From positions 20,279 through 84,278 of the forward strand of contig JBJEXW010000043.1 of NCBI GenBank assembly GCA_051886195.1: a stretch of DNA of 64,000 nt, written 5' to 3'. The notes below the pieces were generated by a model, which searched no databases, was not told where the DNA came from, and saw only the letters and a program-made list of their open reading frames with translations. How positions within the stretch are numbered: position 1 is the stretch's first letter; every line of letters starts with the position of its first letter. Shown here one piece after another: positions 8,847-17,568 of this stretch. The position numbers and the translations under genes were made by a program. The DNA comes from Clostridia bacterium (GTDB lineage: Bacteria > Bacillota > Clostridia > TANB77 > CAG-465).

Positions 8847-9539
8847 ATGCTTACAAAAGAAAGAATTGAAGCATTATTAAAAATTAATACAAAAAATAAA
8901 CAAGATTGCAGGGCAATTAGAATTATGTCATGTGATAATCCAATAAAGGAGTTATTCATATATGAACTAGGAAATATTAAAAATGAATTTAATGAATATC
9001 CAACTGAGTTTGAAAAACAACTTGCACTTTGTATATACAAGTTTGATAAAGAACTTAATCTATATTTGAATAAAAAGCCAAACAACATAAACATAAAAAA
9101 CTCTGCTTTAATACTAAACTCAGAATTAATTAAAAGAGCAATTTCAGAGCTCAACGAGTTACATTACTTACTTTCAAATGTTGTAGAAAATAATGTATTT
9201 AACTCAGGTATTCTCTATGATATTCTTAATTTTAAGCCAAATAATTATATTGCTATTTTACAAATTTGTGGTTTAGTAGATATTAGCAATGATATATTTA
9301 GATCTAAAATATTATCTAGAATTCTTAATATTAAAGAACAAATCGTAAATTACAAAAATGGCAGAATGAAAAAAGAAAAATTAATCTACGAATTTGAATC
9401 TCAGTTACAATATATTTCTTCTCAATTATACACAATTGAAAATACCAATATGTATGAAGAAGATTTTCTAATTTATGTTATTATGTTTGATATTCGGCCT
9501 TATAAAGCAAAAAGTAAAAACAAACTACTAAAAAATTGA
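8847..9539 (+). CDS. Hypothetical protein, 230 aa, no recognised domain
   Basis: Strong AAAGGAGG RBS 7 nt upstream of the ATG. Composition is typical of a real gene. The antisense 103-aa ORF is a low-complexity shadow. Confidence 0.6.
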   Translation: MLTKERIEALLKINTKNKQDCRAIRIMSCDNPIKELFIYELGNIKNEFNEYPTEFEKQLALCIYKFDKELNLYLNKKPNNINIKNSALILNSELIKRAISELNELHYLLSNVVENNVFNSGILYDILNFKPNNYIAILQICGLVDISNDIFRSKILSRILNIKEQIVNYKNGRMKKEKLIYEFESQLQYISSQLYTIENTNMYEEDFLIYVIMFDIRPYKAKSKNKLLKN

Positions 9540-9584
9540 TTATTTTAGATTTATTTTATATAATAATTGAAATGGGGTGTTATT

Positions 9585-9881
9585 ATGAACTTTAATGTTG
9601 AATATTTAAAATACTTTCTTATATATTTTCTTATAATAAATATTATTGGCTTTTTATCTATGGGATTAGACAAATACAAAGCAAAGCATAATTTATGGAG
9701 AACACCAGAAAAGACATTACTTCTTATACCATTATTTTTGGGAAGTATTGGCTCTTTAATTGGAATGTATATATTTAGACATAAAACATTGCATCCACAA
9801 TTTAAATATGGTATTCCATGTATTTTAGTAATCAATTTAATTTGTATCTACTTTATATTTAAGAAATTTATTTTAATATAA
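9585..9881 (+). CDS. DUF1294-family small membrane protein
   Basis: MGLDKYKAKHNLWRTPEKTLLLIPLFLGSIGSLIGMYIFRHKT matches the DUF1294 signature as I remember it. Start moved to ATG 9585 (GGGGTG RBS). Confidence 0.7.
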   Translation: MNFNVEYLKYFLIYFLIINIIGFLSMGLDKYKAKHNLWRTPEKTLLLIPLFLGSIGSLIGMYIFRHKTLHPQFKYGIPCILVINLICIYFIFKKFILI

Positions 9882-9884
9882 AAT

Positions 9885-9921
9885 AAAACAGCCTTGAAAA
9901 CTCCAAGGCTGTTTATTTTTT
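9885..9921. terminator. Bidirectional intrinsic terminator
   Basis: AACAGCCTTG-aaaactc-CAAGGCTGTT, followed by TATTTTTT and preceded by AAAATAAAA. Confidence 0.75.
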
Positions 9922-10519
9922 ACATAATTTTAAATAGTAGATTAGATACAAAAACTAAAATAAAACTATATGCAGATATAGTAAATGGCTTTAAAAGTAA
10001 AATTATTGCAATATACTTTTTTATACTAATGTCTGTTACCCCAGCAAGATAGCATAGAAAATCGTCAGGAGCAACAGGTAAAAATATTGCAATTGCAAAA
10101 AATATTTCAAATTTCTTACCGTTATTTATCCAACCTATATACTTATCTATAAGTTCTTTTCTAAACATTTTTTTAATAAGTGGCATTCCATACTTTCTCG
10201 CAATAAAAAATACTATAATTGAACCTAAAACTATTCCTACATAATTATATATAAATCCCCATAATGGTCCAAAAATTAAAACTCCAACTCCTTGACTTAT
10301 TCCACCAGGTATAATTGGTATAACAACTTGTACTATTTGTATTATGACAAATAAAATTGGCGCAAAATAGCCACTTTTTTCTAGAAATAGTTTCATTTTT
10401 TCTTCTGAAGTAAAAATTTGCTCTTTTAATGCAAAATAGAAAAAAATACACATCAGAATTGTACCAACAATACTTATTATATTAATAACTCTTTTAAAAT
10501 TTCTATCTTTATTTTCCAT
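9920..10519 (-). CDS. TVP38/TMEM64 (DedA-superfamily, SNARE-associated) membrane protein
   Basis: Multi-TM protein with the family motif LPVAPDDFLCYLAGVT. ATG 10519 has AAGGA 9 nt upstream and overlaps the last codons of the upstream GT4 gene. Confidence 0.75.
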   Translation of the reverse strand: MENKDRNFKRVINIISIVGTILMCIFFYFALKEQIFTSEEKMKLFLEKSGYFAPILFVIIQIVQVVIPIIPGGISQGVGVLIFGPLWGFIYNYVGIVLGSIIVFFIARKYGMPLIKKMFRKELIDKYIGWINNGKKFEIFFAIAIFLPVAPDDFLCYLAGVTDISIKKYIAIILLLKPFTISAYSFILVFVSNLLFKIM

Positions 10520-11549
10520 TAACATATTCCTTATATTTTACACAATCGTTGTAAAAATCATGCCACATGCTTAAAACATTCTCCTTGCTATAAAATATAT
10601 TCCCTTCTTTAGATTTTAAAGACATTTTGTTATAAAATTCTTTATCTGAATTAAGTTTGTTAATAATTTTTTTAAATTCCTCATTATTTTTACCATATAA
10701 ATAAAAATCAAAAAGTATTCCATTATAAATATCTAAATCTCTTGTTAAAACTGGTAAATTAACACACATTGCTTCTAATATACACATTGGAAATAATTCT
10801 TCATACGATGGTAAAAACATCACATCAGCTAAATTATATATATCATTCATTTTTTCTCTATCCACAAGTCCTAAAAAGTGAATGTTTTTAGGTAGATCGC
10901 TAGTTAGTAAATTCTTTATCTCATCATATCCCTCACTCATTTTTCCAAATACAGCACTTCCAGCCCATACAAATTCAACATCAGGCATAGATTTTGCAAG
11001 TTTTACAAAATCAATTACACCTTTTCTTTTTTGTAGTTGCCCAACTGATAATACTACAAACTTATATTTTCCTATATTGTATTTTTCTCTAATTTTTTTC
11101 TTTTCTTCTATAGATTTTTTAAAAAAGTTCTTGTTTGAAACATAATTAGGAATATATTTAATTTTTTCTTTATTTATTCCATAATCTTCCAAAACATCTA
11201 TAAAGTATGGATTAACTACAACTAATTTATCCATACTATTGTAAAATCTTATTAAATATTTATAAAAAATATGTTTAAATGGCTTAAATAGATGAAGACT
11301 GTCTTCCAACGTTTCTGGAACAAAATGAACATACGCTACAGTCGTTGATTTTTTCTTTAAAAAAGGTAGCCATAAAAAATATTCTAGATTAACAGTATGA
11401 AAATGTGTTATATCACAAATATCTACTTTATTCTCTTCTATATTAAATTCTTTAATTTGCTTTACTAATTCAACTTGTTCATCATGAGCAGAAAGTACTC
11501 CTTGTCCTTTTATTTTATCTGCACTTGACATTATATTAATTGAAACCAT
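10509..11549 (-). CDS. Glycosyltransferase family 4, glycolipid-synthase-like
   Basis: N-terminal SSADKIKGQGVLSAHDEQ block and C-terminal EELFPMCILEAMCVNLPV (EX7E). Start at ATG 11549 with AGGAGG 7 nt upstream. Confidence 0.7.
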   Translation of the reverse strand: MVSINIMSSADKIKGQGVLSAHDEQVELVKQIKEFNIEENKVDICDITHFHTVNLEYFLWLPFLKKKSTTVAYVHFVPETLEDSLHLFKPFKHIFYKYLIRFYNSMDKLVVVNPYFIDVLEDYGINKEKIKYIPNYVSNKNFFKKSIEEKKKIREKYNIGKYKFVVLSVGQLQKRKGVIDFVKLAKSMPDVEFVWAGSAVFGKMSEGYDEIKNLLTSDLPKNIHFLGLVDREKMNDIYNLADVMFLPSYEELFPMCILEAMCVNLPVLTRDLDIYNGILFDFYLYGKNNEEFKKIINKLNSDKEFYNKMSLKSKEGNIFYSKENVLSMWHDFYNDCVKYKEYVNGK

Positions 11550-11735
11550 ATATTTTCCTCCTAAATCTAATTTTTTCAATTTATACTAAATATAGTATAC
11601 CACCAAAAAATGACATTTAAATAACTTTTGTATAATTTATTAAAAAAATTAAAAATCTAATTTGTTTAATTATATTTTTTTTGTAATATTTAATTTAATA
11701 TTGTCTTCTTACAAAAAAATTATATATATTCAATC

Positions 11736-11801
11736 AGTTGCATTCTACCAATTTTTAGTTGTTTTTTGTAAATTATTAGTTGCATTATATTATTTTTAGT
11801 T
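11736..11801 (+). repeat. Imperfect direct repeat upstream of the xpt promoter (candidate regulator binding sites)
   Basis: AGTTGCATTCTACCAATTTTTAGTT (11736-11760) and AGTTGCATTATATTATTTTTAGTT (11778-11801). Confidence 0.4.
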
Positions 11802-11867
11802 AAAATAATATTTTTTATATTATAAAAATACAAATTATGATATAATCTCTTAAAAGGAGATAAAACT

Positions 11868-12437
11868 ATGGAAAAATTAAAAGATAAAATATTAAAAGAT
11901 GGAATTGCTTTAAATCAAAATGTTTTAAAGGTAGACAGCTTTTTAAATCACCAAGTAGATGTTAATTTAATGGAGGAAATAGGTAAAGAATTTGGAAATT
12001 ATTTTTCTAAGAAAAAAATAGACAAAGTAATAACAATAGAATCTTCTGGGATTGCTCCAGCTTATGCTACTGCACATAAATTAAATGTTCCACTTGTTAT
12101 ACTAAAAAAACAGCATTCAAGTATATTAAATAACGACTTATACGAAACCACTGTACATTCTTTTACTAAAAATATAGACTATACCCTAACTTGCTCAAAA
12201 AGGTTTCTTAAAGAAAATGAAAACGTATTATTTATTGATGACTTCCTTGCAAATGGAGAAGCTGCAATAGGTGTTTCTAAAATATTAAGCATGTCAAAAA
12301 GTAATTTAGTTGGAATTGGAATTGTTATTGAAAAGTCATTTCAATCTGGAAGAAAAAAATTAGATGGAGCTGGATTTGATGTATACTCGTTAGCTCAAAT
12401 TTCTAAACTAGATAAAAATACTATAGAATTTAAATAA
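11868..12437 (+). CDS. xpt: Xanthine phosphoribosyltransferase
   Basis: 189 aa. [12 protein letters not shown]...[13 protein letters not shown] and the PRPP-binding [13 protein letters not shown] motif. TGaTATAAT extended -10 at 11838-11846 and AAAGGAG RBS. Confidence 0.92.
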   Translation: MEKLKDKILKDGIALNQNVLKVDSFLNHQVDVNLMEEIGKEFGNYFSKKKIDKVITIESSGIAPAYATAHKLNVPLVILKKQHSSILNNDLYETTVHSFTKNIDYTLTCSKRFLKENENVLFIDDFLANGEAAIGVSKILSMSKSNLVGIGIVIEKSFQSGRKKLDGAGFDVYSLAQISKLDKNTIEFK

Positions 12438-12463
12438 GAAGCTAATTAAATAGCTTCTTTTTT
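12437..12463 (+). terminator. Intrinsic terminator after xpt
   Basis: AGAAGCTA-attaaa-TAGCTTCT followed by TTTTT. Confidence 0.75.
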
Positions 12464-12496
12464 AAATAAAAAAAGAATCTCATAAAATGAAATTCT
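12464..12496 (-). terminator. Minus-strand intrinsic terminator about 360 nt downstream of the surface-protein gene stop
   Basis: AGAATtTCAT-ttt-ATGAgATTCT (one mismatch), followed on the minus strand by TTTTTTTATTT. Confidence 0.5.
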
Positions 12497-12858
12497 TTGT
12501 GTATATGTGAATATTAATTCATAATATCTAAATTGCCATACATCCATTTTTTCGCATACGAGATAATTCTACTTAAATAAAATTCAAGTAATATGAACTA
12601 CTGTATGTCTTTCTAACGCGTACTTAAATCGGTTAAAAAGATATTTTTATCCCAAATTATAGGATATGATGCAGGAACTGTATATCAATATACTATACTA
12701 ATTATAGTATAATCAAACCACTTTCTTTTATTGATATACACAATATCATAAATGCTCACAATCACAAATCATTTCATATATAAGATTCTGATTGTACTTG
12801 TTGCTATTTCGTTCAAATCAAGTAATTATAAATAATCTCTCCCATCTCTAGTTCAAGA

Positions 12859-14196
12859 CTAATTTAATACATTAACAGTTACAGAAGTTGTTGCAGTGCT
12901 TACGCCATCTGCACCAATTACAACAGGTGTAATAACTGTTGCTTCTCCAGGTGTTGTGTTTACAGTTATATAACCATTAGCTTGTGTATAATTCAAGCCT
13001 TCAAGACCTTCTATAGTCTTAATTTCACCTGTAACTTTGAATTGAACGGAATCTCCAGCAATAGCATTATTTCCATCTAATGGAGTAATTGTAACTGGAG
13101 TTTTAACAATCTCAGTAGGTTTATTATCCTCTACTGGTTTGTCATTTTTGTTTAAATCAGAATCGTTGTTTTCATCTTGCTTAACCTCATCTTTCTTTTG
13201 GTCATTCTCTGTAATAGATGAATTTTCTTTTTTGTCTTCTTCTACGTTGTTATTATCTTCTTCCTTATTTGAAGAATTTTCATTTTTGTCTTCCTCTACG
13301 TTAGAATTTTCTTCTTTATTTGAAGAATCTTCATCTTTACTTGGTGTTTCAGGTTTTGTTTGTTCTGCCGCCATCTGATCAAGTTCATCCCCTGTTGGAA
13401 TTTGAGCATCTTGCTTTAATTGCTCATTGTCTGGTAAAGGATCAGGTATTTTTTCCTCTGTCTCTCCAGAAGGAACTACAACACTTTCTTCCTTATCCAT
13501 TTCAATTTTGTTTGAATCATCTTTAGGAGTTTCTTCTTCCTTCTTTGGAGTCTTATCAATTACAGCTACAATATCTCCATCAAGATCAATTTTTTCAGCA
13601 CCATTATCTAGTTTTTCTTTTATTTTTTGATCTTGTTCTTCAGATTTATTATCTGGACATATAATAGTTGTAGTTTCGTCAGCTGTAGTTTTGGCCACTC
13701 CTTGGTTTACACTACTTCCTGAAGAATTTCCTCCAACATTAGAATAATTTGGAGCTAATACTTCTGTGTCTTTTGGTTTAGCAGCATTGCTTTTACCATA
13801 ATATAGACTTCCTGCTCCTGAATTTTTTGATCCATCACCTTGTGCATCATTATTATCTGTCTTATCTTCTGCATTTTTGTCTTCGTCCTCGTTGTTTTTT
13901 TGATCTTCTTGAACAACTGTTTGATTATCATTGTTTTCGTTGTTCTCATTAGTCTTCACTCTATAAAATAGAGCTCCTATCACAAATAGGATTAAAATAG
14001 CAAGTATAGCTACAATTCTACCTCTCTTGGTTGCATCTTTATGAAAAATTATCATTGTTGCCCAAGATACCAAAGCTAATGTTACGATTGTAATGAATAT
14101 TTTATTTGTTAAAACCCACATCAATAACACTAAGATACCGGTCAACAAGTTTGCAGCATACACTCGCTTTTCTGAATAGCACTCAACACTCTTCAT
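12859..14196 (-). CDS. Membrane-anchored surface protein with an acidic/Asn-rich low-complexity region and a C-terminal Ig-like (Big-type) domain
   Basis: 445 aa. N-terminal hydrophobic segments, about 270 aa of D/E/K/N-rich sequence with internal repeats, and a C-terminal beta-rich segment PVTITPLDGNNAIAGDSVQFKVTGE...TTSVTVNVLN. Confidence 0.6.
   Translation of the reverse strand: MKSVECYSEKRVYAANLLTGILVLLMWVLTNKIFITIVTLALVSWATMIIFHKDATKRGRIVAILAILILFVIGALFYRVKTNENNENNDNQTVVQEDQKNNEDEDKNAEDKTDNNDAQGDGSKNSGAGSLYYGKSNAAKPKDTEVLAPNYSNVGGNSSGSSVNQGVAKTTADETTTIICPDNKSEEQDQKIKEKLDNGAEKIDLDGDIVAVIDKTPKKEEETPKDDSNKIEMDKEESVVVPSGETEEKIPDPLPDNEQLKQDAQIPTGDELDQMAAEQTKPETPSKDEDSSNKEENSNVEEDKNENSSNKEEDNNNVEEDKKENSSITENDQKKDEVKQDENNDSDLNKNDKPVEDNKPTEIVKTPVTITPLDGNNAIAGDSVQFKVTGEIKTIEGLEGLNYTQANGYITVNTTPGEATVITPVVIGADGVSTATTSVTVNVLN
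13222..13327 (-). repeat. Two imperfect tandem repeats of about 51-54 nt inside the surface-protein gene
   Basis: Encodes SSNKEENSNVEEDKNEN / SSNKEEDNNNVEEDKKEN. The DNA units ...tttgtcttcYtctacgtt...tttgaaga are visible twice. Confidence 0.7.
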
Positions 14197-14348
14197 ATCT
14201 GATCATCCTTTCTTAATAATTTTTTTTGAACGAAATACAAACAAAGCACTAGTGTTCCTATGCAATTTACGTAAACTAGTCAATTAAATTTAATTGAAAT
14301 CATCGCATCAGAAACTATTCTTTTGCTCTTAATATTTCATACACATCT

Positions 14349-14377
14349 ATTATAACACAAGGTATTTTTAAATGCAA
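14349..14377 (-). promoter_or_regulatory. Sigma-A-type promoter of the surface-protein gene, implying a 5' UTR of about 145 nt
   Basis: On the minus strand: TTGCAT (14377-14372), 17 nt, TGtTATAAT with TATAAT at 14354-14349. Confidence 0.55.
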
Positions 14378-14419
14378 TGTTTTTTTCACTTTTTTGATAA
14401 TTTTATGTAATATTAAAGT

Positions 14420-14455
14420 CAAAAAAAACTATATAACAATAATTTTGTTATATAG
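14420..14455 (-). terminator. Intrinsic terminator after the 314-aa gene
   Basis: CTATATAACAA-5 nt-TTGTTATATAG, followed on the minus strand by TTTTTTTT. Confidence 0.8.
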
Positions 14456-14456
14456 C

Positions 14457-15401
14457 TTATCTAATCTTTTTAATTATTATACTTATTTGATGCTCATTAA
14501 ATTTTGGCTTAACATTTTTTATATATACAATAAATTTCCTTATTTGTTCAAAAGACTCACTATCTTGGATTTTTTTATCAAACTCTACATTAAAATACCA
14601 ATTCAGTTCGTCTTCATATATTAGAAGGTTTATAGTTTTATTTCCTTCACTAATTAATAATTTTATTACTCTACAAATTACAAAAATGACATCATTTAGT
14701 GGTCCACATATATATGAACCAATTTTTATTTTCTCATTTATGTTTAATATTACACCAAACTCCTTTAAATACTCATCTAAAATTACTTTTATAATTTCTT
14801 CAATATCATTACAATGCATTACTGACTCTGAAGATATACTAGTAGCATTAGAAACAAGCTGCAATAGCATATTTGATTTTTGTAAAGCATCATCATTTTT
14901 CTTATATAAATTTTCAACAACTTCTTTTTTTTGATTACTCAAATTTAATTCACTATTTATCATCTTTATTATATCTTGACTAGCTCCAAGAACAAGTAAG
15001 TTAGACTGAACTTTATGTGAAATACTTTCAACTAAATTTCCTACAATCTCTAACTTATATTTTTCAAAATCTATTTTTTCCTCTTTTTCTATTAACCTAA
15101 TTAAATATATTACTTCAAGTTTAATCATATCAACATTTATATCTTTACAAGGATAGAAAATATATTTTATATTTTTGTTTATGCTTTTAACTTTATCTAT
15201 TTCATCTTCATGTTCAAATAAATAAACTAAAATTTTAATCTTTTTCTTATTTAAATCTAAATATAATTTGTCTAAATTATTATATATTTCTACTTTAAAT
15301 TCATCTTTTTCTATATTTTGAGCTACTTTATTTAATATATCTGCTTGTTTAGAATAAATAACAATTTTGAAATTTTTCTTTACATCATCATATATTATCA
15401 T
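14457..15401 (-). CDS. Hypothetical protein with pseudo-receiver-like N-terminus and histidine-kinase-like (DHp plus degenerate catalytic) C-terminus
   Basis: 314 aa. An N-terminal alternating beta/alpha-like region of about 105 aa lacks the acidic pocket. VESISHKVQSNL resembles an H-box helix. The C-terminal alpha/beta region has no N or G1/G2 ATP-binding boxes. Assignment is weak. Confidence 0.35.
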   Translation of the reverse strand: MIIYDDVKKNFKIVIYSKQADILNKVAQNIEKDEFKVEIYNNLDKLYLDLNKKKIKILVYLFEHEDEIDKVKSINKNIKYIFYPCKDINVDMIKLEVIYLIRLIEKEEKIDFEKYKLEIVGNLVESISHKVQSNLLVLGASQDIIKMINSELNLSNQKKEVVENLYKKNDDALQKSNMLLQLVSNATSISSESVMHCNDIEEIIKVILDEYLKEFGVILNINEKIKIGSYICGPLNDVIFVICRVIKLLISEGNKTINLLIYEDELNWYFNVEFDKKIQDSESFEQIRKFIVYIKNVKPKFNEHQISIIIKKIR

Positions 15402-15437
15402 AAATTTTTTCTCCTATATAATGATTATATATTAAAG

Positions 15438-15483
15438 AAAAAAAATAATAAAGTATAATCTAAAAATTTAATTATACTTTATT
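15438..15483 (-). terminator. Intrinsic terminator about 130 nt downstream of uppP
   Basis: 13-bp stem AATAAAGTATAAT / ATTATACTTTATT with an 11-nt loop, followed on the minus strand by ATTTTTTTT. Confidence 0.6.
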
Positions 15484-15613
15484 ATAATTTTTACTCGCCG
15501 TATTTATATGTATCAAGTATAAGTGCAGCATCATTTGCACTTATTACTATATCTATACTTAAATCTCCTTTTACATAGTATATATATACATTATATCTTA
15601 GTCTTTTTTATAT

Positions 15614-16471
15614 CTATTTTATGATTCCTACAAACATTGCAATAAGAACTAATATACCAAGTACAATTCTATAAACTCCAAATGCTTTAAAATCATTTTT
15701 CTTAATATAGCTCATCAAGAACTTAATTGCTATAATTGATACTATAAATGCAGTTAATAATCCAACCACAAGTATAATCCATTCAGAACTTGCAATTACA
15801 GCTCCTTTTAAAATAAATTTTAATAATTTATATAAGCTTGCTCCAAACATTACAGGTATTGCTAAAAAGAATGTAAATTCAGCAGCTACCTCTCTTGATA
15901 TACCAATAAGTATAGCTCCAAGTATTGTTGCACCTGATCTTGAAGTTCCTGGTATTAATGCAAGCATTTGAAAAGCACCAATAATCAATGCATCTTTTAT
16001 TGTAATAGAATTTAATTCTTTTACTTTTACCTCTTTACCTTTATTTCTACGTTCTACTAAAATAAATAATATACCATAGATTATTAGCATTAAAGCAACT
16101 GTTATTGCATTATATAAATAGGTATCTAAAATGTCATCAAAAAGAAGTCCAACAATTCCTGCAGGTACACAAGCAATTAGTACTTTTCCCCATAATATCC
16201 ATGTATCCTTATTTGATGTTAACTTATTTTTTCCGTCAACTTTTTTAATTTCAAACGGAAATAGTTTCTTAAAATATAATACAACTACTGCCATTATTGC
16301 TCCTAATTGTATAACAACTAGGAAAAATTCTTTAAATTCTTCACTTACTGCTAATTTAATAAAAGCATCTACTAAAATCATGTGTCCGGTACTACTGATT
16401 GGAAGCCACTCAGTAATACCTTCAACAATTCCTAAAAAGATAACTTTAAGTATCTCTATAAAATCTATCAT
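15614..16471 (-). CDS. uppP: Undecaprenyl-diphosphate phosphatase
   Basis: 285 aa polytopic protein with [16 protein letters not shown] and [10 protein letters not shown] motifs of BacA/UppP. Confidence 0.92.
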   Translation of the reverse strand: MIDFIEILKVIFLGIVEGITEWLPISSTGHMILVDAFIKLAVSEEFKEFFLVVIQLGAIMAVVVLYFKKLFPFEIKKVDGKNKLTSNKDTWILWGKVLIACVPAGIVGLLFDDILDTYLYNAITVALMLIIYGILFILVERRNKGKEVKVKELNSITIKDALIIGAFQMLALIPGTSRSGATILGAILIGISREVAAEFTFFLAIPVMFGASLYKLLKFILKGAVIASSEWIILVVGLLTAFIVSIIAIKFLMSYIKKNDFKAFGVYRIVLGILVLIAMFVGIIK

Positions 16472-16485
16472 TTTTTTATCTCCTT

Positions 16486-17541
16486 CTAATTGTCTAATAA
16501 TTTTGTTGTTATAACTTTATTATTTGATGTTCTTAAATATACTGTATCTCCCTTTATAGCTTCAAATGTAACATATTTAGATAATTTAGCTATTCTTTTA
16601 TATGGATTTTTACCAGTTATATTTAAAATATATGTTGGATATATTAAATAAACATCCCCATATTCATTATATGTTGTTACTAAATCTGAATCACTTAAAT
16701 ATATAGTATCTATTAATCTTGAACCACTCACCACATATACTTTGTCATTAGTTTCTGTATCAAGATAATATAGTTTTTCATTGTCATCAGCGCTCTCTAA
16801 ATTTGAGTTAATTCCAATTAGTTCAACATCTGCATATCCAAACAAGTAATTAACTGCAGCACCTGATGTATATACTCCACCTTTTGTATCTCCATAATAT
16901 AATCTATCCACATGTTGTAACATTCTTATTTTACTTATAATTGTTCCAGATCTTACTTGTGACATAGAATTAAACAAGTCAATTTTATATACTATGTTAT
17001 TTGTTGATATAGCAGATTTTGTCTCAACATTTATATAAATTATATTAACAAGTGGTGACATTGTAATATCTTTTATTCTTGAAAAATTTGTTACATCTAT
17101 ATCATTATAATCTGTAGTTCTTTTTGTGGCTATTTCATAAGTTCTTAGAGTTAATGTTGTATATATTCCTGACGTATCTTCTATAAAGTACATAATTAAG
17201 TTTTTATCATATAACATATAATAATAACAAATAGGATTATCTTCTGTTATTACTGTATACTCTTTTTTATCCTCAATTGTATTTATATGCAAACTTCCAT
17301 CTTCTAAATATGCATAATATTTATTATTGTATGAAAATTGCAATTGTGTAGCATTTTCTGGAATAGTAATAATATCTTCACTCTTAAGTTCTACCTCTCC
17401 ACTAGTTCTATAGGTATCCACTTCTAAATAACTTGATTGTGTTATTTTATACAAGTAGCCATCTACAAGTTTTAAAGTACCGAACGTTATTAAGGTTCCA
17501 ACAACTACACATACAAATAGTCTCACTAAAAATTTTTTCAT
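16486..17541 (-). CDS. Hypothetical N-terminally anchored extracytoplasmic protein (beta-rich)
   Basis: Start placed at ATG 17541 (AAAGGGG RBS), giving [21 protein letters not shown] as a signal/anchor. The remainder is Y/T/D-rich beta-strand-like sequence with no recognised motif. Confidence 0.5.
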   Translation of the reverse strand: MKKFLVRLFVCVVVGTLITFGTLKLVDGYLYKITQSSYLEVDTYRTSGEVELKSEDIITIPENATQLQFSYNNKYYAYLEDGSLHINTIEDKKEYTVITEDNPICYYYMLYDKNLIMYFIEDTSGIYTTLTLRTYEIATKRTTDYNDIDVTNFSRIKDITMSPLVNIIYINVETKSAISTNNIVYKIDLFNSMSQVRSGTIISKIRMLQHVDRLYYGDTKGGVYTSGAAVNYLFGYADVELIGINSNLESADDNEKLYYLDTETNDKVYVVSGSRLIDTIYLSDSDLVTTYNEYGDVYLIYPTYILNITGKNPYKRIAKLSKYVTFEAIKGDTVYLRTSNNKVITTKLLDN

Positions 17542-17568
17542 TTTTCTACCCCTTTTCATATGTTTAAA

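Noticed and set aside
8843-9154. 103-aa minus-strand ORF overlapping the 230-aa plus-strand gene, and the 94-aa ORF at 9551-9835 overlapping the DUF1294 gene.
   Set aside because: The plus-strand genes have strong RBSs, a recognisable family in the case of DUF1294, and normal composition. The minus-strand translations are low-complexity shadows.
10245-10451. Same-strand, out-of-frame ORFs nested inside larger genes: 10245-10451, 13755-13949, 31305-31499, 42138-42320, 59600-59782 and 60833-61024.
   Set aside because: They have no RBS, Lys/Gln/Ile-rich frame-shifted composition, and host genes that are intact and carry their motifs.
11700-11867. Possible purine riboswitch upstream of xpt, prompted by a TTCTACC heptamer like the J2-3 region.
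   Set aside because: The conserved loop sequences and the P1/P2/P3 pairing are absent. The promoter leaves only about 20 nt of leader.
12470-12575. 33-aa minus-strand ORF (MDVWQFRYYELIFTYTQRISFYEILFLFKKEAI) as a possible type I toxin.
   Set aside because: It has no Shine-Dalgarno, no clear transmembrane helix, and it runs through the terminator hairpin.
15480-15600. Short minus-strand reading frame in the uppP 3' region encoding ...YVKGDLSIDIVISANDAALILDTYKYGE*, which resembles a single dockerin/EF-hand-like calcium-binding repeat.
   Set aside because: It has no start codon or RBS and only about 38 codons after an in-frame stop. The resemblance rests on a few residues. At best it is a gene remnant.
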